Below, piece by piece: positions 40,656 to 49,875 of a stretch of 64,000 nt of DNA (position 1 is its first letter; every line of letters starts with the position of its first letter). The position numbers and the translations under genes were made by a program. Location: NCBI GenBank assembly GCA_965223295.1, contig CBDCWC010000003.1, positions 1,824,001 to 1,888,000 of the forward strand, written 5' to 3'. Below the pieces are notes generated by a model that searched no databases, was not told where the DNA came from, and saw only the letters and a program-made list of their open reading frames with translations. The stretch is from Nitrospirales bacterium. Its GTDB lineage: Bacteria > Nitrospirota > Nitrospiria > Nitrospirales > UBA8639.

Positions 40656-40799
40656 TGCCCAGCAGATTGTGAATGCAAGGGTTATACGAAAAGTAGGGAA
40701 GTGAGTTTGAGTGCTGTAGGAATCGAGAAAAGATGACGCGTATATTCTTAGGCAAAACATTGGTACCTGGTGAATAGCAAGAATGATTATATGAACTCT

Positions 40800-40874
40800 G
40801 CGGGCGTAGCTCAGTGGTAGAGTTCCAGCCTTCCAAGCTGGCTGTCGTGGGTTCAAATCCCATCGCCCGCTCCA
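40800..40874 (+). tRNA. tRNA-Gly(TCC)
   Basis: CAGC-CTTCCAA-GCTG anticodon arm, GGTTCAAAT, CCA end. Confidence 0.97.
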
Positions 40875-40942
40875 AATTTAACGTCATGTTTGGCTCGTAT
40901 GAGCCGTTGGCGACAGGGGTTGTGTGGATGAGTAAGTTTCAT

Positions 40943-41018
40943 GCCCATGTAGCTCAGTTGGTAGAGCACGTCCTTGGTAAGGACGAGGTCACGCGTTCGA
41001 TCCGCGTCGTGGGCTCCA
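40943..41018 (+). tRNA. tRNA-Thr(GGT)
   Basis: CGTCC-TTGGTAA-GGACG anticodon arm, CCA end. Confidence 0.97.
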
Positions 41019-41080
41019 TTTGAGTACTTCTGTAAGTGTATTGAGGTATAGATCTGTAATCCTGACTAAGGAGAGATAGG

Positions 41081-42286
41081 ATGGCGAAGGCGAAATTTGA
41101 GCGGAAGAAGCCGCATTTAAATGTGGGGACGATTGGGCATGTGGATCATGGCAAGACGACGCTCACCTCGGCGTTAACCAAAGTCATGGGGGATTTAGGG
41201 AAAGCCTCGTATGTGCCCTATGACGACGTGGCCAAGGCGAGCGAGAGTCAAGGGCGGCGGGATCCCACCAAAATCCTCACGATTGCCATCTCGCATGTGG
41301 AGTATGAAACCGACAACCGGCATTACGCGCATGTGGACTGTCCGGGGCATGCGGACTATGTCAAAAACATGATCACGGGGGCGGCGCAAATGGACGGGGC
41401 CATCTTGGTGGTCAGTGCGGCGGATGGGCCGATGCCGCAAACGCGGGAGCATATCCTCTTAGCGCGGCAAGTGGGGGTACCCTACATCGTCGTCTTCTTG
41501 AACAAAGCGGATAAGGTGGAAGACAAAGAATTGCTGGAGTTAGTGGAATTAGAAGTGCGGGAATTGCTCACCAAGTATGGCTTTCCCGGCGATGATGTGC
41601 CGGTGGTCATCGGATCAGCCATCAAAGCCATCGAAGGCGACAGCAGCGACATTGGGATCGCCTCGATCACGAAGTTATTAGAGGCGGTGGATACGTACAT
41701 TCCCACGCCCGAACGAGCCATCGACAAGGCCTTTCTCATGCCAATAGAAGATGTATTTACCATCAGTGGCCGGGGGACGGTGGTCACAGGCCGAGTGGAG
41801 CGGGGCAAGGTCAAGGTGGGGGATGAAATTGAGATTGTGGGGTTACGGGCCACGCAGGCGACCATTGTCACAGGGGTGGAAATGTTCCGGAAGGTGTTAG
41901 ATGATGGGCAAGCGGGCGATAACATTGGGGCCTTGTTGCGGGGTACGAAGAAAGAGGACGTGGAGCGGGGGATGGTGTTGGCCAAGCCGAAGTCGATCAC
42001 GCCGCATACGAAGTTCAAGGCGGAAGTGTATGTGTTGACGAAAGAAGAAGGGGGCCGGCATACGCCGTTTTTCAATGGGTATCGCCCGCAGTTTTACTTC
42101 CGGACGACGGATGTGACGGGGGTGGTGCAGTTGAATGAAGGGGTGGAGATGGTGATGCCGGGGGATAACGTGTCGTTTGCGGGGGAGTTGATTGCGCCGA
42201 TTGCGATGGAGCAGGGGGTGCGGTTTGCCGTGCGCGAAGGGGGCCGAACCGTGGGGGCCGGGGTTGTCACCGAAATTGTTGAGTAA
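41081..42286 (+). CDS. tuf: Elongation factor Tu, intact copy
   Basis: [29 protein letters not shown]. Confidence 0.99.
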   Translation: MAKAKFERKKPHLNVGTIGHVDHGKTTLTSALTKVMGDLGKASYVPYDDVAKASESQGRRDPTKILTIAISHVEYETDNRHYAHVDCPGHADYVKNMITGAAQMDGAILVVSAADGPMPQTREHILLARQVGVPYIVVFLNKADKVEDKELLELVELEVRELLTKYGFPGDDVPVVIGSAIKAIEGDSSDIGIASITKLLEAVDTYIPTPERAIDKAFLMPIEDVFTISGRGTVVTGRVERGKVKVGDEIEIVGLRATQATIVTGVEMFRKVLDDGQAGDNIGALLRGTKKEDVERGMVLAKPKSITPHTKFKAEVYVLTKEEGGRHTPFFNGYRPQFYFRTTDVTGVVQLNEGVEMVMPGDNVSFAGELIAPIAMEQGVRFAVREGGRTVGAGVVTEIVE

Positions 42287-42307
42287 GAATGTTATAGAGG
42301 TGTAGCT

Positions 42308-42457
42308 ATGCGAGTGATTATTTCTCTGGCTTGTGGAGATTGCAAGCGACGAAATTATTCTACAATGAAAAACAAGAAGAACGATCCTGATCGTCTGGAA
42401 ATGAAAAAGTTTTGCCGGCATTGCCGAAAACATGTCCCCCATAAAGAGGTGAAGTGA
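42308..42457 (+). CDS. rpmG: 50S ribosomal protein L33 (Zn-ribbon type); missing from the ORF track
   Basis: Manual translation [49 protein letters not shown]. Confidence 0.96.
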   Translation: MRVIISLACGDCKRRNYSTMKNKKNDPDRLEMKKFCRHCRKHVPHKEVK

Positions 42458-42497
42458 TTTGTTTGTGGGCAGAAACCTTTTGGGTTTGAGCCTGTGA

Positions 42498-42573
42498 AGG
42501 GGCATAGTGTCAACGGTTAGCACGTCGGTCTCCAAAACCGAAAGTCCGGGTTCGAATCCTGGTGCCCCTGCCA
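42498..42573 (+). tRNA. tRNA-Trp(CCA)
   Basis: CGGT-CTCCAAA-ACCG anticodon arm, GGTTCGAAT, CCA end; canonical position between rpmG and secE. Confidence 0.96.
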
Positions 42574-42650
42574 TAGACGTTTATGAGGGCTAATTGATTG
42601 GGGGCCGATCAAGAGCATTGTTGGAAATAATCTGTTAGCAAGGTTCAAGC

Positions 42651-42845
42651 ATGTTTAAAAAAGCCTGGTCTACTATTACGGAATTTTTGTCTGATGTTCG
42701 CAGTGAACTGAAGAAGATTTCCTATCCCACAAAATCCGAAACAATTGGTTCGACAACGGTCGTATTGCTGTTTTGTATGATCATGTCGATGTATTTATCG
42801 GTTGTTGACTCATTTCTCGTGTGGTTAATCAGCAAGATTGTCTAA
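42651..42845 (+). CDS. secE: Preprotein translocase SecE
   Basis: FLSDVRSELKKISYP plus one TM helix; upstream of nusG. Confidence 0.93.
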   Translation: MFKKAWSTITEFLSDVRSELKKISYPTKSETIGSTTVVLLFCMIMSMYLSVVDSFLVWLISKIV

Positions 42846-42847
42846 CG

Positions 42848-43037
42848 GGTGGTGTTGAATAATGAAGACATCAAAGGCCATATTTCGCCAGGAAGCTCTT
42901 GGCGATCATCAGCGTCGGGTTGGTTTAAAAAGTCCGTCCAGCAAGGCCGCAGCCATTGTTGCGCGCGGAGCGTACTGGCAGTACGTGAGCACGGGAAAAT
43001 GGTGAGAACGCCGCTGGCGGATTTTTTCAACAGACTC
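42848..43037 (+). mobile_element. ~190 bp MITE, copy 5 (between secE and nusG)
   Basis: GGTGGTGTTGAATAAT ... TTTTTTCAACAGACTC; target-site duplication TAACG at 42843-42847 and 43038-43042. Confidence 0.9.
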
Positions 43038-43057
43038 TAACGGAAAGAAAGGGATTC

Positions 43058-43594
43058 ATGGCGAGCCATTGGTATGTCATCCACACCTATGCCGGATTTG
43101 AGGGGAGAGTGCGAACGGGTATAGTTGAACGCGCCAATCAGTTGGGATTGGGAGAAATGGTTGGGCAGGTACTTGTTCCCACTGAGGATGTTGTGGAATT
43201 TAAGGAAGGAAAACGGCGGGCGTCCAAAAGAAAGTTTTTCCCAGGCTATGTCCTGCTTGAAGCAAATGGGCCGATTAGTGACGAGGTCGTCATGATGATA
43301 AAAGAGACGCCAAAGGTAACAGGATTTGTAGGAGGGGGAACTCGGCCAATTCCATTGGATCCAGAAGAAGTGTCAACTCTTCTGAGTCAACTCGAATCTG
43401 GAGTTTCGGCTCCAAGAGAGCTGGCAAGTTTTGCAAAGGGTGACAATGTCAGAATAGTTGATGGTCCATTTTTGGGCTTTAATGGAATGGTCGATGAAGT
43501 CGATCAAGACCATGGAAGAGTGAAGGCGTTGGTTAGTATTTTTGGGCGGTCAACTCCGGTGGAGTTGGCGTTTTCCCAAGTTGAGCGAGGATAG
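43058..43594 (+). CDS. nusG: Transcription factor NusG
   Basis: WYVIHTYAG, FPGYVL, TPKVTGFVG, KOW domain, IFGRSTPVE. Confidence 0.98.
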   Translation: MASHWYVIHTYAGFEGRVRTGIVERANQLGLGEMVGQVLVPTEDVVEFKEGKRRASKRKFFPGYVLLEANGPISDEVVMMIKETPKVTGFVGGGTRPIPLDPEEVSTLLSQLESGVSAPRELASFAKGDNVRIVDGPFLGFNGMVDEVDQDHGRVKALVSIFGRSTPVELAFSQVERG

Positions 43595-43670
43595 AGTGAT
43601 AGGCTCTATGCTTCTTTGTTGTTGTAATGGAGCGTGATGAGAGCGTTAGCAATAAAAGGTAGGTGAATTT

Positions 43671-44096
43671 ATGGCCAAAGAAGTAACCAGTCAAATTAAA
43701 TTACAAATTCCGGCTGGAAAAGCCAATCCTGCTCCTCCTGTTGGCCCTTCCTTGGGGCAGCATGGCGTGAATATTATGGAATTTTGTAAGCAATTTAACG
43801 CGAAGACGCAGAAGCAGGAAGGCAGCATTATTCCTGTTGTGATTTCGGTATATAAAGATAGAAGTTTTAGTTTTATTATGAAAACGCCGCCAGCGTCAGA
43901 CCTGTTGAAAAAGGCTGCTGGTGTGATTAAAGGTTCTGGTATCCCACATAAAAGCAAGGTCGGGAAAATTACGCAGGCGCAATTAGAAGAGATTGCGAAA
44001 ATAAAGGCAGAAGATTTGAACGCCAGCGATATTCCTGCCGCCATGCAAGTGATTGCTGGGACTGCGCGGAGTATGGGTATCACGGTAGAAGGATAA
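43671..44096 (+). CDS. rplK: 50S ribosomal protein L11
   Basis: [17 protein letters not shown]. Confidence 0.99.
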   Translation: MAKEVTSQIKLQIPAGKANPAPPVGPSLGQHGVNIMEFCKQFNAKTQKQEGSIIPVVISVYKDRSFSFIMKTPPASDLLKKAAGVIKGSGIPHKSKVGKITQAQLEEIAKIKAEDLNASDIPAAMQVIAGTARSMGITVEG

Positions 44097-44131
44097 ATCT
44101 TTCCAGGATTTTTAAATAGAGGGTATGAATT

Positions 44132-44824
44132 GTGGGGAAAAAATTTAAAGAAGCCTTAAAAAAGGTGTCAAAGTCAGAATATTCGTTGGAAGAAGCCAGT
44201 GCATTAGTCAAGGAGTCTGCTTTTGCCAAGTTTGATGAATCTGTTGAAATGGCCTTGTCGCTTGGAGTCGACCCAAAGCGAGCAGATCAAATGGTACGTG
44301 GGACAACGGTCTTGCCTCATGGCACTGGGAAAAAGACTCGGATTTTGGTGATTGCCAAAGGTGAAAAGGAGCAGGAAGCTAGGGAGGCTGGTGCTGATTT
44401 TGCCGGGAATGAGGATCTTCTGCAGAAAATTCAGGATGGGTGGTTGGATTTTGATTCAATGATTGCCACTCCTGACATGATGGGTTCCGTGGGAAAGTTG
44501 GGAAAGGTTTTGGGGCCACGAGGGTTGATGCCAAATCCCAAAACGGGAACGGTGACATTTGAGGTAGGCAAAGCCATTCAGGAGATTCGGAAAGGCCGTG
44601 TGGAATATAAAGTTGATAAGGCTGGAAATGTGCATGTGCCAGTCGGAAAAGTCTCGTTTCAGGCTCAGCAAATCACCGACAATGTCAAGACGGTGTTTGA
44701 TTCCATCATGAAGGCCAAGCCTTCTTCCAGTAAAGGGAAGTATGTCAAGAGTGCGACGTTGTCGAGCACGATGGGGCCAGGGATTCGTCTGGATAGTGTG
44801 GCTCTTGCCAAGCAAGTTGGGTGA
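44132..44824 (+). CDS. rplA: 50S ribosomal protein L1
   Basis: [31 protein letters not shown]. Confidence 0.99.
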   Translation: MGKKFKEALKKVSKSEYSLEEASALVKESAFAKFDESVEMALSLGVDPKRADQMVRGTTVLPHGTGKKTRILVIAKGEKEQEAREAGADFAGNEDLLQKIQDGWLDFDSMIATPDMMGSVGKLGKVLGPRGLMPNPKTGTVTFEVGKAIQEIRKGRVEYKVDKAGNVHVPVGKVSFQAQQITDNVKTVFDSIMKAKPSSSKGKYVKSATLSSTMGPGIRLDSVALAKQVG

Positions 44825-44853
44825 AATTTTAATCTTCGCAGGTGGGTTGGAGT

Positions 44854-45792
44854 ATGAAAAAATCTGATAAAGCAGAAGTTGTGTCAACCTTGCACGAACG
44901 GTTTGCTCGGGCGCGAATTGCTATTGTGACGGAATGTGCGGGAATGCCCGTCAATCAGGTCAATGATTTGCGAAAAAAGCTTCGTCAGGCTCAGGCGCAT
45001 TTGCATGTCGTTAAAAATACGTTAGCAGTTCGAGCCATCAGTGAGACTCCGCTGGTTCCGTTGCAACCCTTGCTTAAAGGGCAGTCCGTCATGGTCATTG
45101 GCTATGATGATCCGGTGTTGCCGACGAAAGTCGTACGCGATTTTATTAAAGCAGAAAAATGTGAAAAGAATTTGCAAATTAAGGGAGCAGTTCTAGATGG
45201 TGACGAGTTGGATCCTGCTCGGTTGTCCTCGGTGGCGGATTTGCCGTCAAAATCAGAATTGCTTGCCATGTTATTGTCAGCCTTTCAGGGCCCTATTCGA
45301 GGATTTGTTGTAGGGCTCAATCAGATAGTTAGAGGGTTTGTTGCAGTACTTGCGGCGATTCAGGAAAACAAAAGTAAGAAAGGAGAAGGAGAAATGGCTA
45401 CGAAGGAAGCAAAGCTGTCAAAAGAGGATATTATTAACGGGGTATCCAACTTGAGTGTGTTGGAGCTTTCAGAATTGGTGAAAGAATTAGAAGAGAAGTT
45501 TGGAGTAACGGCGGCAGCTCCTGTGGGAGTGGCTGTGGCGGCTTCGGGGGCTGCGGCAGCGCCTGCTGGAGAGGAAAAGACAGAGTTTGATGTAGTTTTG
45601 ACAGGAGCCCCGGCAGACAAAAAGATTCAGGCTATTAAGGTTGTCCGTGAAATTACGGGATTAGGTTTAAAAGAGGCTAAAGATTTGGTGGAAGGCGTGC
45701 CCAAGCCTGTGAAAGAAGGAGCGTCAAAGGAAGAGGCTGAGGCAATTCAGAAGAAGCTGCAGGAGGTTGGAGCGACGGTGGAAGTAAAATAG
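44854..45792 (+). CDS. rplJ: L10 fused in frame to L7/L12 (rplJ-rplL fusion ORF)
   Basis: L10 motifs ([17 protein letters not shown]) run without a stop codon into L12. Confidence 0.9.
   Translation: MKKSDKAEVVSTLHERFARARIAIVTECAGMPVNQVNDLRKKLRQAQAHLHVVKNTLAVRAISETPLVPLQPLLKGQSVMVIGYDDPVLPTKVVRDFIKAEKCEKNLQIKGAVLDGDELDPARLSSVADLPSKSELLAMLLSAFQGPIRGFVVGLNQIVRGFVAVLAAIQENKSKKGEGEMATKEAKLSKEDIINGVSNLSVLELSELVKELEEKFGVTAAAPVGVAVAASGAAAAPAGEEKTEFDVVLTGAPADKKIQAIKVVREITGLGLKEAKDLVEGVPKPVKEGASKEEAEAIQKKLQEVGATVEVK
45394..45792 (+). CDS. rplL: 50S ribosomal protein L7/L12 from an internal in-frame start
   Basis: [47 protein letters not shown] directly upstream of ATG 45394. Confidence 0.9.
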   Translation: MATKEAKLSKEDIINGVSNLSVLELSELVKELEEKFGVTAAAPVGVAVAASGAAAAPAGEEKTEFDVVLTGAPADKKIQAIKVVREITGLGLKEAKDLVEGVPKPVKEGASKEEAEAIQKKLQEVGATVEVK

Positions 45793-45863
45793 GTTTGCTG
45801 CGCCAATGAATTGCTTGGAGCCAGTCGGGCTCGGCTAGCTGTTAATCCATCAAGGAGATCTGA

Positions 45864-48800
45864 ATGCCACAATCAGCCTTTGAGGGCAGTGTACAACGAC
45901 ATAGTTTTTCGAAGATTCGCACCCATATTGTGATTCCTGATTTAGTTGAAGTTCAGCGTCGTTCCTATGAGGAGTTCTTGCAGGCGGAAACGCTACCTGA
46001 CCGACGTGCTGAGAAGGGGTTGCATGCTGCCTTTAAAAGTGTGTTCCCCATCATGGATTACAACAATTCAGCCATTTTGGAGTTTTCGAGTTATTCGTTG
46101 GGAACTCCAAAATACGATATTCGGGAATGTATTGAACAGGGAATGACTTTTGCGGCTCCCTTAAAGCTCCGTGTACGGTTGGTGGTCTTCGATCAGCAGG
46201 ATAAAGCGGTGAAAAACCGGGTGTTGGATGTTCGAGAGCAAGAGGTGTATGTCGGTGAGCTGCCGCTCATGACTGATCGGGGTACTTTTATCGTGAATGG
46301 GACGGAGCGCGTGGCTGTGAGCCAATTGCACCGGTCTCCAGGTCCATCATTTGGTCATGATAAGGGACGAACGCATTCCAGTGGCAAGGTGTTATTTTCT
46401 GGAAGGATTATTCCGTATCGTGGCTCTTGGTTAGATTTTGAATATGATGCCCGCGATATTCTATATGTCCGTATTGATCGCCGCCGAAAAATGCCCGCTA
46501 CGATTTTGCTCAAAGGTTTTGGTTTTAGTACAGATGATCTTTTGAAGATGTATTACCCTGTGGAGGAAGTTCGGGTCAGTAAGGGGATGTTGCTTCGCAA
46601 GTTGGATCCGGCGATTCATACTGGGTTGCGTGCCCCAACCGATTTAGTGGATAAAAGTTCAGGGGATGTATTGGCTAAAGAAGGTATGAAGTTAAATAAA
46701 ACCCTCATGGCTCGTGTGCGATCCGGAGGGATAAAGGAAATTTCTATTAAACCGGAAGATCTCGTGGGGAGGGCTGTCTTAACCGAACTCGTGGATTCGG
46801 AAAGCCAGGAAGTGATCTTGGAGAAGAATCAGCGTTTGACAGCCCCAGTCTTAGAGCAGATCCTGGAAGGTCGCGTAGAGTCTTTTAAAGTCATTTATTT
46901 GGATAGTCCAACTACCAGCCCTGTTATTTTGGATACCTTGGAGGCAGAACGCACCAATTCTAAAGAAGAAGCGTGGGTGGAAATTTATAAGCGGCTTCGT
47001 CCCGGAGAAATGCCCTCAATCGAATCAGCTAAGCTGTTATTTGAGAATCTTTTCCTTAATCCCAAGCGCTATGACCTGTCTCCCGTTGGTCGCTTGAAAA
47101 TGAATAAGCGATTTAACTTAGACTTGTCGTTAGAGCAACGAACATTGTCGGCTCAAGATATTGTTGAAGTGGTGCGGTGTTTGGTCGATCTCAAGGCTGG
47201 TAAAGGTGAAGTAGATGACATCGATCATTTAGGGAATCGGCGCGTGCGCTCTGTGGGGGAGCTATTGGAAAATCAAATTCGAATCGGTTTGGCAAGAATG
47301 GAGCGTAGCATTAAAGAGCGCATGAATCTTTTAGATATGGACACAGTGCTGCCGCATGACCTTATTAATGCTAAGCCTATAGTGGCAGCCATTAAGGAAT
47401 TTTTTGCAGGCAGTCAATTGTCTCAATTTATGGACCAAACGAATCCTTTGGCAGAAATTACGCATAAGCGGCGTCTATCTGCCTTGGGTCCTGGAGGTCT
47501 GACTCGAGAGCGAGCCGGTTTCGAGGTTCGTGATGTTCATCCGTCGCACTATAGCCGCATATGCCCGATTGAAACGCCAGAAGGCCCGAATATTGGGTTG
47601 ATCACATCTCTGGCGACCTATGCTCGGATTAACGAATTTGGCTTTATTGAGGCACCTTTTAGAAAAGTGCGAAAAGGTCGTGTGTCTGATGATGTGGAAT
47701 TTCTCTCGCCGATAGATGGTGATCAGGTTGTCATTGCCCAGGCCAATACTGCAATGAGTAAGGACGGGGCTCTTACCTCTGAGACGATTACCGCGCGGGA
47801 AGCGGGGGAGTTTGTCACGACCACGCCTGATACCGTCGATTATCTTGATGTTTCTCCAAAACAGGTTGTGAGTGTGGCGACAGCGCTCATTCCATTTTTG
47901 GAGCATGATGATGCCAATCGCGCGCTCATGGGTTCCAATATGCAGCGGCAAGCCGTTCCAACGGTTAAAAGTGAATCGCCTTTGGTTGGGACCGGAATGG
48001 AAGCCGTGGTGGCCAGGGATTCAGGGTATTTGGCTATTGCCCAGCGAGATGGAATTGTCGAGTCCGTGGATGCTCGACGAATTGTGGTTCGAGCTGGCAG
48101 TAAAGAAAAAGACGTGCAGAAAAAGAGTTCCCGAATTCTCGACACCTATGATTTAGTGAAATTTCAACGTACCAATCAAAATACCTGTATTATTCAGACG
48201 CCTATCGTACGAGTAGGGCAACCGGTGAAGAAGGGGCAAGTGTTGGCGGATGGGCCGTCGATGGATCGTGGAGAATTGGCTTTGGGTAAAAATGTTCTGG
48301 TCGCCTTTATGCCTTGGGGCGGCTACAACTATGAGGACGCCATACTATTGAGTGAAAAATTAGTGCGAGAAGATACCTTCACGTCTATTCATATTGAAGA
48401 ATTTGAAGTTGAAGCGCGAGATACCAAGTTAGGGAAAGAGGAGATTACAAGAGATATTCCAAACTTGGGAGAAGAGGCTCTTCGCAATTTGGATGAAAGT
48501 GGAATTGTTCGCATTGGAGCGGAAGTGAAGCCTGGAGATATTTTGGTTGGCAAGGTCACGCCTAAGGGGGAGACTCAGTTGACCCCTGAAGAAAAGCTTC
48601 TGCGAGCCATTTTTGGAGAGAAAGCGGGAGATGTGAAGGATACGTCTTTGCAAGTTCCTCCGGGCATCGAGGGAATTGTGGTTGATGTTAAAATATTTTC
48701 CCGTAAAGGGGTCGATAAAGATGAGCGATCTCGTACGATCGAAACCGATGATCGTGTGAAGGTGGAGCGTGACTATCAAGAGGAATTGCGGATTATCGAA

Positions 48801-49829
48801 GAAGAGCGGAATCGTAAGATTCGCAAGTTATTGTTAGGACAGTTTGTTGGGCGGGATTTGATGGACCCTGATAGCGGTGAAGTCATTCTGAAGAAAAAAG
48901 GCCGTATTACCGCGGATGTACTCCGGAAGCTCACAGATGATGATGCGAGGCGGGTCATTTTAGCTGATGCCGAGGAGCAGAAAAAACTTGATGAAATCGA
49001 ACGAGAAGCCAAAGATCAAATTGAAATTCTGCAAACGGAGTATGACGAGAAGGTGGGGCGGCTGCGTCGAGGGGACGAGTTGCCGCCAGGAGTGATCAAG
49101 CTGGTCAAAGTGTATTTAGCGATTAAGCGGAAAATTGCGGTTGGGGACAAAATGGCCGGCCGACATGGGAATAAAGGTGTGGTGTCTCGGATCATGCCGG
49201 AAGAAGATATGCCGCATCTTCCGGACGGAACTCCTGTCGAAATTGTCTTGAACCCGTTGGGCGTACCTTCCAGGATGAATGTTGGGCAAATTTTGGAGAC
49301 TCATCTGGGGTGGGCCTCTCATGCTTTGGGTATTAAGGTCGAAACTCCTGTTTTTGATGGAGCATCGGAAAAAGAGATCAAGGACCTCTTAGCGAAGGCG
49401 AATTTACCTGAGTCTGGTCAATCTATCGTGTATGATGGTAGGACGGGCGAGCCCTTTAAGAGTCCCGTCACGGTTGGATACATGTATATGCTGAAGCTGC
49501 ATCATTTGGTGGATGATAAAATTCATGCGCGGTCCATTGGGCCTTATTCTTTGGTCACGCAGCAGCCCTTGGGTGGGAAAGCGCAATTCGGTGGTCAACG
49601 CTTGGGAGAAATGGAGGTCTGGGCGTTACAAGCCTATGGGGCGGCTTCCACGCTGCAGGAATTTCTCACTGTCAAATCTGATGATGTCCCGGGGCGTTCC
49701 CGTATGTATGAGGCCATTGTGAAAGGGGAAAATTTCCTCGAGCCTGGCTTGCCTGAGTCCTTTAATGTGTTAGTAAAAGAGTTGCAGAGTTTAGGGTTGG
49801 ATGTGGAGCTGATTAAATCTGCGGAATAG
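45864..49829 (+). CDS. rpoB: RNA polymerase beta subunit
   Basis: [37 protein letters not shown]. Confidence 0.99.
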   Translation: MPQSAFEGSVQRHSFSKIRTHIVIPDLVEVQRRSYEEFLQAETLPDRRAEKGLHAAFKSVFPIMDYNNSAILEFSSYSLGTPKYDIRECIEQGMTFAAPLKLRVRLVVFDQQDKAVKNRVLDVREQEVYVGELPLMTDRGTFIVNGTERVAVSQLHRSPGPSFGHDKGRTHSSGKVLFSGRIIPYRGSWLDFEYDARDILYVRIDRRRKMPATILLKGFGFSTDDLLKMYYPVEEVRVSKGMLLRKLDPAIHTGLRAPTDLVDKSSGDVLAKEGMKLNKTLMARVRSGGIKEISIKPEDLVGRAVLTELVDSESQEVILEKNQRLTAPVLEQILEGRVESFKVIYLDSPTTSPVILDTLEAERTNSKEEAWVEIYKRLRPGEMPSIESAKLLFENLFLNPKRYDLSPVGRLKMNKRFNLDLSLEQRTLSAQDIVEVVRCLVDLKAGKGEVDDIDHLGNRRVRSVGELLENQIRIGLARMERSIKERMNLLDMDTVLPHDLINAKPIVAAIKEFFAGSQLSQFMDQTNPLAEITHKRRLSALGPGGLTRERAGFEVRDVHPSHYSRICPIETPEGPNIGLITSLATYARINEFGFIEAPFRKVRKGRVSDDVEFLSPIDGDQVVIAQANTAMSKDGALTSETITAREAGEFVTTTPDTVDYLDVSPKQVVSVATALIPFLEHDDANRALMGSNMQRQAVPTVKSESPLVGTGMEAVVARDSGYLAIAQRDGIVESVDARRIVVRAGSKEKDVQKKSSRILDTYDLVKFQRTNQNTCIIQTPIVRVGQPVKKGQVLADGPSMDRGELALGKNVLVAFMPWGGYNYEDAILLSEKLVREDTFTSIHIEEFEVEARDTKLGKEEITRDIPNLGEEALRNLDESGIVRIGAEVKPGDILVGKVTPKGETQLTPEEKLLRAIFGEKAGDVKDTSLQVPPGIEGIVVDVKIFSRKGVDKDERSRTIETDDRVKVERDYQEELRIIEEERNRKIRKLLLGQFVGRDLMDPDSGEVILKKKGRITADVLRKLTDDDARRVILADAEEQKKLDEIEREAKDQIEILQTEYDEKVGRLRRGDELPPGVIKLVKVYLAIKRKIAVGDKMAGRHGNKGVVSRIMPEEDMPHLPDGTPVEIVLNPLGVPSRMNVGQILETHLGWASHALGIKVETPVFDGASEKEIKDLLAKANLPESGQSIVYDGRTGEPFKSPVTVGYMYMLKLHHLVDDKIHARSIGPYSLVTQQPLGGKAQFGGQRLGEMEVWALQAYGAASTLQEFLTVKSDDVPGRSRMYEAIVKGENFLEPGLPESFNVLVKELQSLGLDVELIKSAE

Positions 49830-49875
49830 CCGAGTATGTTAATCGTGACCATTCACCATCCATATAACTGGAGGA

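Noticed and set aside
40528-41023. ORFs overlapping the tRNA cluster
   Set aside because: Shadow ORFs of tRNA genes.
41482-42574. Long antisense ORFs opposite tuf (also opposite rplK, rpoB and rpoC)
   Set aside because: Typical antisense shadows caused by codon bias in conserved genes.
2045-43037. Possible CRISPR array or integron attC sites
   Set aside because: Repeats are dispersed, ~190 bp, have target-site duplications and no spacers; no cas or integrase gene is present.
42849-43040. Family of similar small ORFs (SVQQGxSH..ARSVLA.REHG) at 8723-8923, 20908-21099, 39997-40236 and 42849-43040
   Set aside because: They are translations of the MITE; frames break differently among copies and start contexts are inconsistent.
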